Below the pieces are notes generated by a model. It worked only from the letters and a program-made list of their open reading frames with translations. It was not told the origin of the DNA and searched no databases. A stretch of 31,671 bases of DNA from NCBI GenBank assembly GCA_017997315.1, contig JAGOFF010000001.1, positions 1 to 31,671 on the forward strand, in the 5' to 3' direction. Positions within the stretch are counted from its first letter, which is position 1. Every line of letters starts with the position of its first letter. This document shows positions 1 to 7,736 of the stretch, piece by piece. This DNA is from Clostridia bacterium. Lineage in GTDB: Bacteria; Bacillota; Clostridia; Saccharofermentanales; UBA5734. The position numbers and the translations under genes were made by a program.

Positions 1-383
1 TCGCCGGCCTCCTTCGAGGCGCGGGATTTGCGAAGCGCGCTCCGGATCCGCGCCAGCAGTTCTTCGATGGCGAACGGCTTGGCGATGTAGTCGTCCGCTC
101 CGTTGTCCAGACCGGACACTTTGTCCATGACCGCATCCCGCGCCGTCAGCATGATGACCGGGACATCCGTAACGGCACGGAGACGCCGAAGCACCTCCAT
201 GCCGTTCAGTCCCGGCAGCATGATATCCAGCAGCACCAGGTCGTATCCGCCGTCCTTGGCCATCTCGAGGCCGATCCGGCCGTCCGCGGCCTTGTCGGCC
301 CGGTAGCCCTCGTAGTTCAACTCAAGTTCGACGAACCGGGCGATTTTTTCTTCATCCTCCACGATGAGGATCCGCTCTCCCAT
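1..383 (-). CDS. OmpR/PhoB-family response regulator (ArlR-like); 3' part runs off the left edge of the window
   Basis: Translated by hand from ATG at 383 (not in the ORF track): MGERILIVEDEEKIARFVELELNYEGY...DLVLLDIMLPGLNGMEVLRRLR...PVIMLTARDAVMDKVSGLDNGADDYIAKPFAIEELLARIRSALR. All canonical receiver residues (ED, D, T, K-P) are present. Confidence 0.93.
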   Translation of the reverse strand, partial: MGERILIVEDEEKIARFVELELNYEGYRADKAADGRIGLEMAKDGGYDLVLLDIMLPGLNGMEVLRRLRAVTDVPVIMLTARDAVMDKVSGLDNGADDYIAKPFAIEELLARIRSALRKSRASKEAG

Positions 384-427
384 AATGGCCTCCGGAATGG
401 GGTCCGCCCGGTCCGAGGAACCGGCGC

Positions 428-456
428 GGGGCCGGACGGGATCCCCGTCCGGCCCC
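428..456. other. Perfect 13-bp GC-rich inverted repeat (hairpin) without a U-tract
   Basis: GGGGCCGGACGGG-ATC-CCCGTCCGGCCCC lies between the co-directional DUF4342 and response-regulator genes. Confidence 0.75.
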
Positions 457-469
457 GGCTGGTGTTCGG

Positions 470-1087
470 TCAGCGGGCGTCGTTTTTTGCCTGATCCTTG
501 TTGATGGCCGTTCCGACATCGCGCTTCAGGGTCTCGGCCGCTTCGGCCGCTGAATTCATGATGTTGTTCGCGGCGTCCGTGTGGATGTCCGGGCCTTTGA
601 AGGAATACCGGAATCCGGTGAACATCCCGATGACCACCAGCGCCAGGACGGCCCAGAAGAAGCAGATCCCGAGCAGAACGAGCGCGGTGATCGGCAGGGT
701 CAGGACGGTCTGGGTGCCCCGGGTCGCCACAAAGTGGTTGTGGTTGCCGATGTACACCACGCGCTTGATCCATGCCCAGAGCTTGTGGAATCCGGAATCG
801 GCGCCCGTCCGGCGGCACTTGCCGTCGTTCGGTTTCTCCGCGGTTCCGGCCCGACCGGCTTCGGGCGTCCCGGTACCCTGCGCTTCGGCCGGTCCGTCCG
901 TCCGGTCCGCGGAAGCGTCCCGCGCGTTGCGGCCTGCGGCCTTGGGCGGCTTGACCTTGCCCTGGATCTCCAGCAGGACCACTGCGTCGAGCAGGTCGCC
1001 GTTCGCGGCTTCCAGCGCCTGACGCGCTTCCTCATACGTGACGTCCGCCTTGGAGCGAAGCAGTTCGACCTGTTCCAGCGTGATCAT
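470..1087 (-). CDS. DUF4342-domain protein with N-terminal UBA/EF-Ts-like helical domain
   Basis: The N-terminus MITLEQVELLRSKADVTYEEARQALEAANGDLLDAVVLLE and the C-terminal GN.NHFV...VLTLPIT...hydrophobic segment...GFRYSF match the clostridial DUF4342 architecture. AGGAGG lies upstream. Confidence 0.75.
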   Translation of the reverse strand: MITLEQVELLRSKADVTYEEARQALEAANGDLLDAVVLLEIQGKVKPPKAAGRNARDASADRTDGPAEAQGTGTPEAGRAGTAEKPNDGKCRRTGADSGFHKLWAWIKRVVYIGNHNHFVATRGTQTVLTLPITALVLLGICFFWAVLALVVIGMFTGFRYSFKGPDIHTDAANNIMNSAAEAAETLKRDVGTAINKDQAKNDAR

Positions 1088-1218
1088 GTTCCTCTTTCCT
1101 CCTGATATCCGATGTCCGGCATGCCGCCGGTCCGTTGCGGATCGGGATCAGGATATCGCCGCCGGTTGTGAAAGCCGGGATAGGCGGATTAGAATCCCAT
1201 GAGAATGGCGTCTGCGGA

Positions 1219-2622
1219 TCACAGAGTCTCCAGGGACCGGAAGAGCTTGCGCTCGGCGGCCGCGATCTCCGGATCCGCGTCCAGCCGGAACGGAACGGTC
1301 TCCTCGCCGATCCGGAGGCTCAACGGTGCGTCCTCACTGAAGGACGGCCAAGCCGGGAGTCCCGGACCGTTGGGATCGCCGTTCTTCGCAAATCCGGTCC
1401 AGTATCCCGACATCCGCTCCGACAGGACCGCATCGACCGGCTCCCACGGGCGCCAGGCCCGGCTCTGGGTGCCGAAGACGTACCATAATTCCGCGGAGTG
1501 GAACGCACCGCGGTCGTCTCCCGGAGCCTTGCGCGTGAAGTGATAATGCCATGCGGGACGCCCGGTCCTGCGCGGCCAGATCGACGCCAGCGCGCGGGAA
1601 CCCGCGGCCATTCCGATCGTGATGTCGCGGGAGCCCCCGAGCGAGTTGCCTTCGTCCGCAAGGGATCCCGCAAGGATCGGGATGTCGGGCAGCCGTCCGT
1701 CGCGGATCGTCCGCAGCGGTTCCTCGGTCACCAGGTACCCGTCGACGACCGGCCGGAATCCGAAAGGACGCCCCTCGACGCGGGAATTGGCCGCATCGAG
1801 CGCCGCGAAAAGCTCTTCGGGCGTCTTGTCCCGCATCAAACGGACCGAGTCCCAGCCGCAGGCTTTCATCCACCGGTGCCCCAGCTTTTCGCCGGCCTGA
1901 CGCTGCGTGATCCGCCCGAACGTATGCAGGCCTCCGCCGGACTGGAGGATCGCCCCCGCCATCTTGTCCATGGTCAGGGGGGAGGTCAGAAGCATCTGCA
2001 CGCTCATGGCTCCCGCGGACTGCCCGAAAACGGTGATGCGGCCGGGATCCCCGCCGAACGCCGCGATGTTCCGGCGGGTCCAGTCCAGCGCCGCGGCCTG
2101 GTCCAGGAGTCCGTAGTTGCCCGAACTTCCGGTCGGGGATTCGGCCGAGAGTTCCGGATGGGTCAGAAACCCGAGCACGCCGAGACGGTAGTTGAACGTT
2201 ACCAGGATCACTCCCCGCCGCGCCATCGCCTCCCCGTCAAACGGAAATTCGCTGCCCGCGCCGTGGACGAATCCGCCGCCGTGGATCCAGAACAGGACGG
2301 GAAGCCGGTCGGACGCCGCGGATGCAGGCGTCCAGACGTTCAGGTACAGGCAGTCCTCCGACATCGGTGCCCGTGCGAGCGCGTGGTAGAATTCATGCAC
2401 ATAGAACGCGTCCGGATCGAAGTCCGTCTGCGGGCATACCCGGCCGAAGGAGGAGCAATCCCGCACGCCCTCCCAAGGGGCGGCGGGCAGGGGCGCCTTC
2501 CAGCGGTTGTCCCCCACCGGGGGCGCCGCAAACGGGATCCCCCGGAAAACAGTGACATCCGGCGACTCCCCGCGTATGCCGCGGAGCGCTCCGGTATCGA
2601 TGCGGGTTTCGAGCAACGCCAT
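1219..2622 (-). CDS. Carboxylesterase/lipase type B (PnbA-like alpha/beta hydrolase)
   Basis: Motifs FRGIPFAAPPVG.RW, SEDCLYLNVWTP, WIHGGGF, NYRLGVLGF, GNYGLLDQ, GQSAG nucleophile elbow, ADEG (Glu) and AFHSAEL (His). Start moved to MALLETR (ATG at 2622). Confidence 0.92.
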   Translation of the reverse strand: MALLETRIDTGALRGIRGESPDVTVFRGIPFAAPPVGDNRWKAPLPAAPWEGVRDCSSFGRVCPQTDFDPDAFYVHEFYHALARAPMSEDCLYLNVWTPASAASDRLPVLFWIHGGGFVHGAGSEFPFDGEAMARRGVILVTFNYRLGVLGFLTHPELSAESPTGSSGNYGLLDQAAALDWTRRNIAAFGGDPGRITVFGQSAGAMSVQMLLTSPLTMDKMAGAILQSGGGLHTFGRITQRQAGEKLGHRWMKACGWDSVRLMRDKTPEELFAALDAANSRVEGRPFGFRPVVDGYLVTEEPLRTIRDGRLPDIPILAGSLADEGNSLGGSRDITIGMAAGSRALASIWPRRTGRPAWHYHFTRKAPGDDRGAFHSAELWYVFGTQSRAWRPWEPVDAVLSERMSGYWTGFAKNGDPNGPGLPAWPSFSEDAPLSLRIGEETVPFRLDADPEIAAAERKLFRSLETL

Positions 2623-2815
2623 ATTCCAGCCTGCCTTTCTCCGCCGGCGCATATCCGCGCGGCCGGACGTATCGATCGTAGCAAATCATGGAGGGAATCA
2701 CAAACAGTTCATGATGGCGGCGGCGCCTTCGCACCGGCGCGCGGCATGGTATCCTTGATTCAACGCCTGCCGGGGACCGGAAAGGATTCCCCGGCTTGTT
2801 TCGGGAGGACAGGAT

Positions 2816-3415
2816 ATGGATTTGACTGCGATCGCTTCCGCATTGGAGAAAAACGGGTTTCAGGCACGGGTGTTCCGGGATCGGAACGAAGCCGCGGACG
2901 CCGTGATGGCCTATATCGGAAACCGTTCGGTGGGGATCGGCGGTTCCTGGACGATCCAGGAACTCGGCTTGTACGAGAAACTCGCGGCGCAGGGGAACGA
3001 GGTGTCCTGGCACTGGAGAGACGCGGATTCCCAAGCGGCCCGGAGGCGGGCCTCCGCCGCGTCGGTCTATCTGGCGAGCTCGAACGCCGTGACGCGGGAC
3101 GGCAAACTGGTCAACATCGACGGCACCGGGAACCGGGTCGCCGCGATGTGCTGGGGACCGGAAGATGTCATCCTGATCGTCGGACGGAACAAAATCGCGG
3201 ACGATGCCGCGGACGGGTTGCGCCGCGTCCGGGAAGAGGCCTGCGGGAAGAACGCGCGGCGGCTGGGCCTGAAGACGCCCTGCGCGGTGCTGGACCGCTG
3301 CACGGACTGTGATTCGCCGGACCGGATGTGCCGGATCGCCGTAACGCTCGAACGGGCGCCGGGCGGTGTCCGCAGCCTGCAGGTCTGGCTGGTCGACGAG
3401 GATCTCGGATTCTAG
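2816..3415 (+). CDS. LUD-domain (lactate utilisation protein C-like) protein
   Basis: Motifs LEKNGF, VGIGGS.TIQELGL, YLASSNAVT.DG.LVNIDGTGNRVAAM..GP and GRNKI, plus the Cys-rich tail PCA...RC.DC.SP.R.C. RBS GGAGGACAGG. Confidence 0.8.
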   Translation: MDLTAIASALEKNGFQARVFRDRNEAADAVMAYIGNRSVGIGGSWTIQELGLYEKLAAQGNEVSWHWRDADSQAARRRASAASVYLASSNAVTRDGKLVNIDGTGNRVAAMCWGPEDVILIVGRNKIADDAADGLRRVREEACGKNARRLGLKTPCAVLDRCTDCDSPDRMCRIAVTLERAPGGVRSLQVWLVDEDLGF

Positions 3416-3439
3416 CAAAAACCGCTCCGGCGGACCGTG

Positions 3440-4213
3440 TCACCCGGCCAGGAAATCCACCAGCAGCCGGATGAAGAGCAGGATCAGCACGCCGACCAGC
3501 ACGGTCCGGATGAAGCCCGCGCCGCGGCGGATGGCCATGCCCGAGCCGATCCAGTTGCCCGCGACACTGCATAATGCCGCGGGAACCGCCGCCCAGAGCA
3601 CGATTTTCGCGTTCGCCGCAAACAGGGTCACGGCGGCGATATTGGACGCCAGGTTCACGATCTTGGCCGTACCGCCCGCCTTGGCGTAATCGAATCCCAG
3701 CACTCCGGTAAAGGCGAGGATCAGGAAGGTTCCGGTGCCCGGACCGAAGAATCCGTCATAGGCCCCGATCAGAAGGCAGATCCCGGCTGTGACGGCATAC
3801 AGGCGTTTCCCGGATGGGAAACGCCTGTTCGCGTTGTCCGCATCCCCTTTCCGCCGCAGCAGGGTGGTGGCCGCGACGACGGGCAGAAGCACCAGGAGCA
3901 GCATGCGCAGAAAACGGTCGCTCACCGCCAGCGCCAGCCGTGCGCCGGCGAAGGAGCCGGCCAGCGCGGCCGCGCCGCCCGCCAGCCCTGCACGGATGTC
4001 CATGGACCGGCTGCGCGCGTACCGCCAGGTGGCGACGAGCGTGCCGACGGAAGAAGACATCTTGTTCGACCCGAACGCCACGTGCGCCGGAAATCCGCAT
4101 AGCAGATAGGCCGGCAGGGACACCAGTCCGCCGCCGCCCGCGATGGAGTCGATGAATCCCGCGAGAAAGACCAAAGGACACAGGATCGGCAAGGTCTGCA
4201 GGGGATCCGGCAT
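3440..4213 (-). CDS. TauE/SafE (TSUP) family sulfite/anion exporter
   Basis: Two repeats, AGFIDSIAGGGGL..LP and IGAYDGFFGPGTGTF, with about 8 hydrophobic segments. A TATAAT lies on the minus strand at 4253-4258. Confidence 0.9.
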   Translation of the reverse strand: MPDPLQTLPILCPLVFLAGFIDSIAGGGGLVSLPAYLLCGFPAHVAFGSNKMSSSVGTLVATWRYARSRSMDIRAGLAGGAAALAGSFAGARLALAVSDRFLRMLLLVLLPVVAATTLLRRKGDADNANRRFPSGKRLYAVTAGICLLIGAYDGFFGPGTGTFLILAFTGVLGFDYAKAGGTAKIVNLASNIAAVTLFAANAKIVLWAAVPAALCSVAGNWIGSGMAIRRGAGFIRTVLVGVLILLFIRLLVDFLAG

Positions 4214-4397
4214 GGTCGGCCTCCGGTGTTCGGGCTGGGTATCCTGCGACCTATTATATCGTTGCCGCGGCAGGCCGGACAGGCAGGGCGGAAACAGGAC
4301 TTTTGTCGTTCGACTGCCGGAAACCGGCGGCTTCGGCGGCGGTAGAATCCATCCTGTCCGGCGGATGCCGGAACAAAACGGAGGAGGATGGAAGGGA

Positions 4398-5036
4398 GTG
4401 CCGGATGGGAAAGGGAAGAACGGGAGGCGGCGCGTCCGACGGGCTTGTCTGCTGGCGGCCGCGCTGATCGCTGCGGCAGGGCTGATCGCCGCATTGCCGG
4501 AGACCGGTCGTGAGGGAGACGCACTCGGGACGTCGGGAACGCTCCGGTCGGTCGAACTGGATCCGGGGGCGGGAGAGGCGATCGACGGCGGATACAGGAG
4601 GGAGTCGGACCGGGCCCTCCTGGCCGCACTGCAGGAGAAGCAGATGATGGTGACCGATACCGTGTCATCCTATGCCGCTTTCTCCAACGGTGCGGCCGGT
4701 ACCCTGGGCGACTGGGTGGTGGAGAACGTGCCCGGCAACCAGGTGATCCAGCAGGCGGAGATCCATCTGGACGGGCGGTGCGTCGCCCGATCGGCCGCCA
4801 TGCATCCCGGACAGCACGTGCGTCAGGTCCGGCTGCTGGAAGCGGTCCCGGAGGGGAGCCACGTAGCGGTCGCTTATCTGAACTATTTTACGGAAGACAC
4901 GGAGTCGTACATCAGCAAAACGGGATTCCGGATCCGGATCTCCGTCCGTGCCGGGGAAGCGGAAGAAACGGACGGGATCGACTCCCCCGGAGAATCCCGG
5001 AATGGTATGGAGGAGAGAAAGAATGGCAAGAACTAG
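4398..5036 (+). CDS. Hypothetical protein with an N-terminal membrane anchor and a predicted extracellular beta-rich domain
   Basis: An in-frame GTG at 4398 follows GGAGGAGG (4380-4387); the alternative start is ATG 4365. A basic N-terminus (KGKNGRRRVRR) and one hydrophobic helix precede a soluble domain. The gene overlaps the next by 14 nt. Confidence 0.7.
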   Translation: MPDGKGKNGRRRVRRACLLAAALIAAAGLIAALPETGREGDALGTSGTLRSVELDPGAGEAIDGGYRRESDRALLAALQEKQMMVTDTVSSYAAFSNGAAGTLGDWVVENVPGNQVIQQAEIHLDGRCVARSAAMHPGQHVRQVRLLEAVPEGSHVAVAYLNYFTEDTESYISKTGFRIRISVRAGEAEETDGIDSPGESRNGMEERKNGKN

Positions 5037-5634
5037 ACCGATCCGTCTCATCCTGGCCGCAGCGGCGGCACTGCTGGTCGCAACGGCCGGCGCGGCACCT
5101 GCGCAGGCGGCCGACATCGCATTCGGGGAGGGGAGCATCGAGCGGGTCATTCCGGTCACCGGGAGCATCGGAACGCTGACCCTGAGCGTCACGCATCCGG
5201 TCGCCGCGGCCTGGACGATCGATCCGAACAACGAGAATCCGTTTACCGCTCCGGACATCGAGATCACCAACCTCAGCAAGGTCCGTATCCGGGTGGGGAT
5301 CCAGTCGCTGGCCGCAGCGGCCGCTCCGGTCCTGGACGATCCGGACGAAGTGCTGCTGGAGGACGTGGGAGCGGCGGACAAGCCGTGGGACCTGCTGAAC
5401 GCCGAGGATTCCATGCGCTTCATCGCACTCGGCGTGTTCGCCCGGCAGCAGACCGGTTGGGATTCCGGCGCACATGAGTCCGTCGCGTATGCTGCGGACA
5501 TCGACGGAACGCCCATGGGGACCCTGTCCGCGGGCGGATCCGGCTCGATCGGTTTCTCGGCGTGCCACGGATTGGCGGTCGCCCGCCGGTTTGTCGCCGC
5601 CCACACCCTGGTCCTCACCTTTTCGGTGGATTGA
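5023..5634 (+). CDS. Secreted hypothetical protein, paralogue A of a tandem pair
   Basis: ATG 5023 follows GGAGGAG. Sec-type signal MARTRPIRLILAAAAALLVATAGAAPAQA ends in an AxA site. There is no LPxTG or C-terminal transmembrane segment. Clear similarity to 5647-6252. Confidence 0.8.
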   Translation: MARTRPIRLILAAAAALLVATAGAAPAQAADIAFGEGSIERVIPVTGSIGTLTLSVTHPVAAAWTIDPNNENPFTAPDIEITNLSKVRIRVGIQSLAAAAAPVLDDPDEVLLEDVGAADKPWDLLNAEDSMRFIALGVFARQQTGWDSGAHESVAYAADIDGTPMGTLSAGGSGSIGFSACHGLAVARRFVAAHTLVLTFSVD

Positions 5635-5646
5635 AGCGAAAGGAGG

Positions 5647-6252
5647 ATGACAAGCATGATACGTTCCATAGCAATCCGGTTGATTCCCGTGCTGGCCGCG
5701 GCGGCGGCCATCCTGACGGCAGGTTCGGCCGTGCGCGCCGAATCGTTCTCCGGCGCCGGCAGTATCGACTCTTCCACGGTTACGGTCCGGGGCGCCGCGA
5801 CGCCCCTGGTGTTTTCCGTGATGCATCCGACCTCGGCATCCTGGGGAATCGATGCCGACCTGGAAGTCCCCTTTGTTTCTCCCGTGCTGTCCATCCGCAA
5901 CAACTCAACCTGTCCGATCGATGTCAGCCTGACCGGATTCGTCCGGAATCCGTCAAGCACGCTGCCCTTCACCGACGTCATGCCCGACGCGTTCCCCGAT
6001 TGGAGCGCCATCAACCGCGAGCAGACGTTGACGCAGCTGGCTCTGGGCATACGGGTTCATCCGGAGGAGAGCGACTGGCTGTCCGGATATGCGGCAGCCA
6101 CGCGCTGGGCCGCTGAAACCGGATCGTTCCTGTTCGGAACCCTGCCGGGCGGCGGAACCGGCAAGTTTGACCTGGAGGCGCGGCACGGGCTTGCCTTCGA
6201 TGCGGAGTATACCGCGCAGCACGATCTGACGTTCCTGTTCACACTGGACTGA
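5647..6252 (+). CDS. Secreted hypothetical protein, paralogue B of a tandem pair
   Basis: ATG follows AAGGAGG, 12 nt after the previous stop. Signal peptide ...VLAAAAAILTAGSAVRA. Shares SVxHP, WxID, PFxxP, ALG, GTLxxGGxG, HGLA and HxLxxxFxxD with paralogue A. Confidence 0.8.
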   Translation: MTSMIRSIAIRLIPVLAAAAAILTAGSAVRAESFSGAGSIDSSTVTVRGAATPLVFSVMHPTSASWGIDADLEVPFVSPVLSIRNNSTCPIDVSLTGFVRNPSSTLPFTDVMPDAFPDWSAINREQTLTQLALGIRVHPEESDWLSGYAAATRWAAETGSFLFGTLPGGGTGKFDLEARHGLAFDAEYTAQHDLTFLFTLD

Positions 6253-6337
6253 CGGGATTTCGCACCCCCGCGGAATCGCCGCGGGGGCACACCCGCGGAA
6301 CCCTTGCGGCTACCGCCCGCGCACACGGGACATCGCC

Positions 6338-6366
6338 TTGACAGAGGAAAACCCGTGGGATAGAAT
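6338..6366 (+). promoter_or_regulatory. SigA/sigma70 promoter of tRNA-Ala
   Basis: TTGACA (6338-6343), a 17-nt spacer, then TAGAAT (6361-6366), 10 nt upstream of the tRNA. Confidence 0.9.
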
Positions 6367-6376
6367 AAGCGGGCTT

Positions 6377-6452
6377 GGGGCTATAGCGCAGCTGGGAGCG
6401 CACAACACTGGCAGTGTTGGGGTCACGGGTTCGAGTCCCGTTAGCTCCACCA
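6377..6452 (+). tRNA. tRNA-Ala (anticodon GGC), CCA encoded
   Basis: 76-nt cloverleaf: acceptor GGGGCTA/TAGCTCC with the G3:U70 Ala identity pair, D arm GCGC/GCGC, anticodon arm CAACA-CT GGC AG-TGTTG, T arm ACGGG-TTCGAGT-CCCGT and 3' ACCA. Confidence 0.98.
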
Positions 6453-6464
6453 GAACCGTTGAAT

Positions 6465-6504
6465 CCGGGCCGTTTGCCGAGAGGCGAACGGTCCGGTTTT
6501 CTTT
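6465..6504 (+). terminator. Intrinsic terminator after the tRNA
   Basis: CCGGGCCGTTTGCC-GAGA-GGCGAACGGTCCGG (14 bp including G:U pairs) followed by TTTTCTTT. Confidence 0.85.
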
Positions 6505-6535
6505 GTCCGGATCCGTCCGTCCTCCGTGTGGATCG

Positions 6536-7618
6536 CTATTCCGGCAGGGTCTCCAGCCTCCGCAGGATATCCTGGAACTCCTTGTCGTCCGACAGCGAGA
6601 TGAAAGCCGGATTGTCCGACACCATCGAGCGGATGCACCGGTTCAAACGGCTTCTCGACCACGGTGGCGATCCGATGTCCAGACCATGGAAAAAGGGGCT
6701 GTCCGACAACGCCTGAGGATCGCCGACTCTGAATGCGCAGTCGGAGAACATGCGAAGGGCATCCAGTGTTTCACGCGGTTTTCCCTGTTCCGCCCGGCAT
6801 TCGGCCATCATCAGGTACGGACTCAGATCCTGCCCGTAAAGCAGGTCCCTGTCGAACATTCCCGACAGCCGCAGGTTCAGTTTGATCATCCTCAAGGCCT
6901 GCGTATAATCCCGCTTCCGTCGTGCGACCTTGGCGAGCGTCGTCAATGCGGCATCACAGGCGCCGATGTGGGTCACCAGCATGCGGAGCGCCGCGATCCG
7001 CGCTTTCTCGTGCTCGTCCATCGCGTAGTAGACGGATACCCTCATCTGTTCCGGATCGACCACCGAGGCGGGAATTTCATTCAGCGCTTCCAGCGCCTCC
7101 GTGTATCGGGCCTGGCGCAGGAACAGGACACATAAACCTTGCCATGCCGCGTCCCGGATCCAGGCGGCATCGCTTCGAACCGCTTCCCGCAGAAGGCCAG
7201 CCGCGCGTTCCGTCAGATCGTCGGCGTCCGTTTCGGTTCCGACGCAGGAGAGGTGCGTCATCAGCACGTTTGCCAGCCGCAGCATCAGGAGCGGGTTGCC
7301 GGGCTGCTCCCGGACGGCATCCTCGCACAGCCGGACCGCGCTTTCGTACCCGCGCGACTCAAACAGGGCCGAGCAGCGGCTGCATATCTCCATCACCCTC
7401 TCCTCGGACAGGATGGCATCGCAGCCCAGCAATCCATCCACCGAGCACCCGAGGTGCCGGGCGATGGGTGACAACAGCGTGATATCGGGGTACGCACGGC
7501 CGGTTTCCCATTTTGACACCGCGGCGACCGATACCCCGAGAACGTCGGCGAGCCGGCTTTGCGTCATGCCGCGCGATTTCCGCTTCTGCCGGATGATATC
7601 TCCGATCGGATACTCCAT
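6536..7618 (-). CDS. XRE-family HTH transcriptional regulator with helical TPR-like C-terminal region
   Basis: The real start is MEYPIGDIIRQKRKSRGMTQSRLADVLGVSVAAVSKWETGRAYPDITLLSPIARHLGCSVDGLL, a classic HTH_3 motif. About 290 aa of amphipathic helices follow. The ORF-track extension to 8347 is antisense to trxA. Confidence 0.88.
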   Translation of the reverse strand: MEYPIGDIIRQKRKSRGMTQSRLADVLGVSVAAVSKWETGRAYPDITLLSPIARHLGCSVDGLLGCDAILSEERVMEICSRCSALFESRGYESAVRLCEDAVREQPGNPLLMLRLANVLMTHLSCVGTETDADDLTERAAGLLREAVRSDAAWIRDAAWQGLCVLFLRQARYTEALEALNEIPASVVDPEQMRVSVYYAMDEHEKARIAALRMLVTHIGACDAALTTLAKVARRKRDYTQALRMIKLNLRLSGMFDRDLLYGQDLSPYLMMAECRAEQGKPRETLDALRMFSDCAFRVGDPQALSDSPFFHGLDIGSPPWSRSRLNRCIRSMVSDNPAFISLSDDKEFQDILRRLETLPE

Positions 7619-7715
7619 GAACCTGCCCCGCTTTCCGCCGGAAGTCTTTCCTGTCATCAGGTATAGACTTTTCGCTGCCAGTCCGCAATGGAAGGCTACT
7701 TGAGAAAACCACCGC

Positions 7716-7736
7716 TTTTCAACCAATGGTTGAAAA
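7716..7736. promoter_or_regulatory. Perfect operator-like palindrome
   Basis: TTTTCAACC-AAT-GGTTGAAAA (9-3-9) lies in the divergent XRE/trxA intergenic region. Confidence 0.6.

Noticed and set aside
1498-3312. 604-aa plus-strand ORF, and similar long shadow ORFs (12733-14769, 17742-19883, 9451-10878, 26719-28188, 25332-26831)
   Set aside because: They are antisense or off-frame to well-supported genes, are Arg/Pro/Gly-rich and have no family motifs. Such ORFs are expected from stop-codon scarcity in GC-rich DNA.
6377-7618. tRNA-Ala as the integration site of an island containing the XRE regulator
   Set aside because: There is no integrase or other mobility gene, and I found no second copy of the tRNA 3' end in the window. 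The tRNA terminator is intact.
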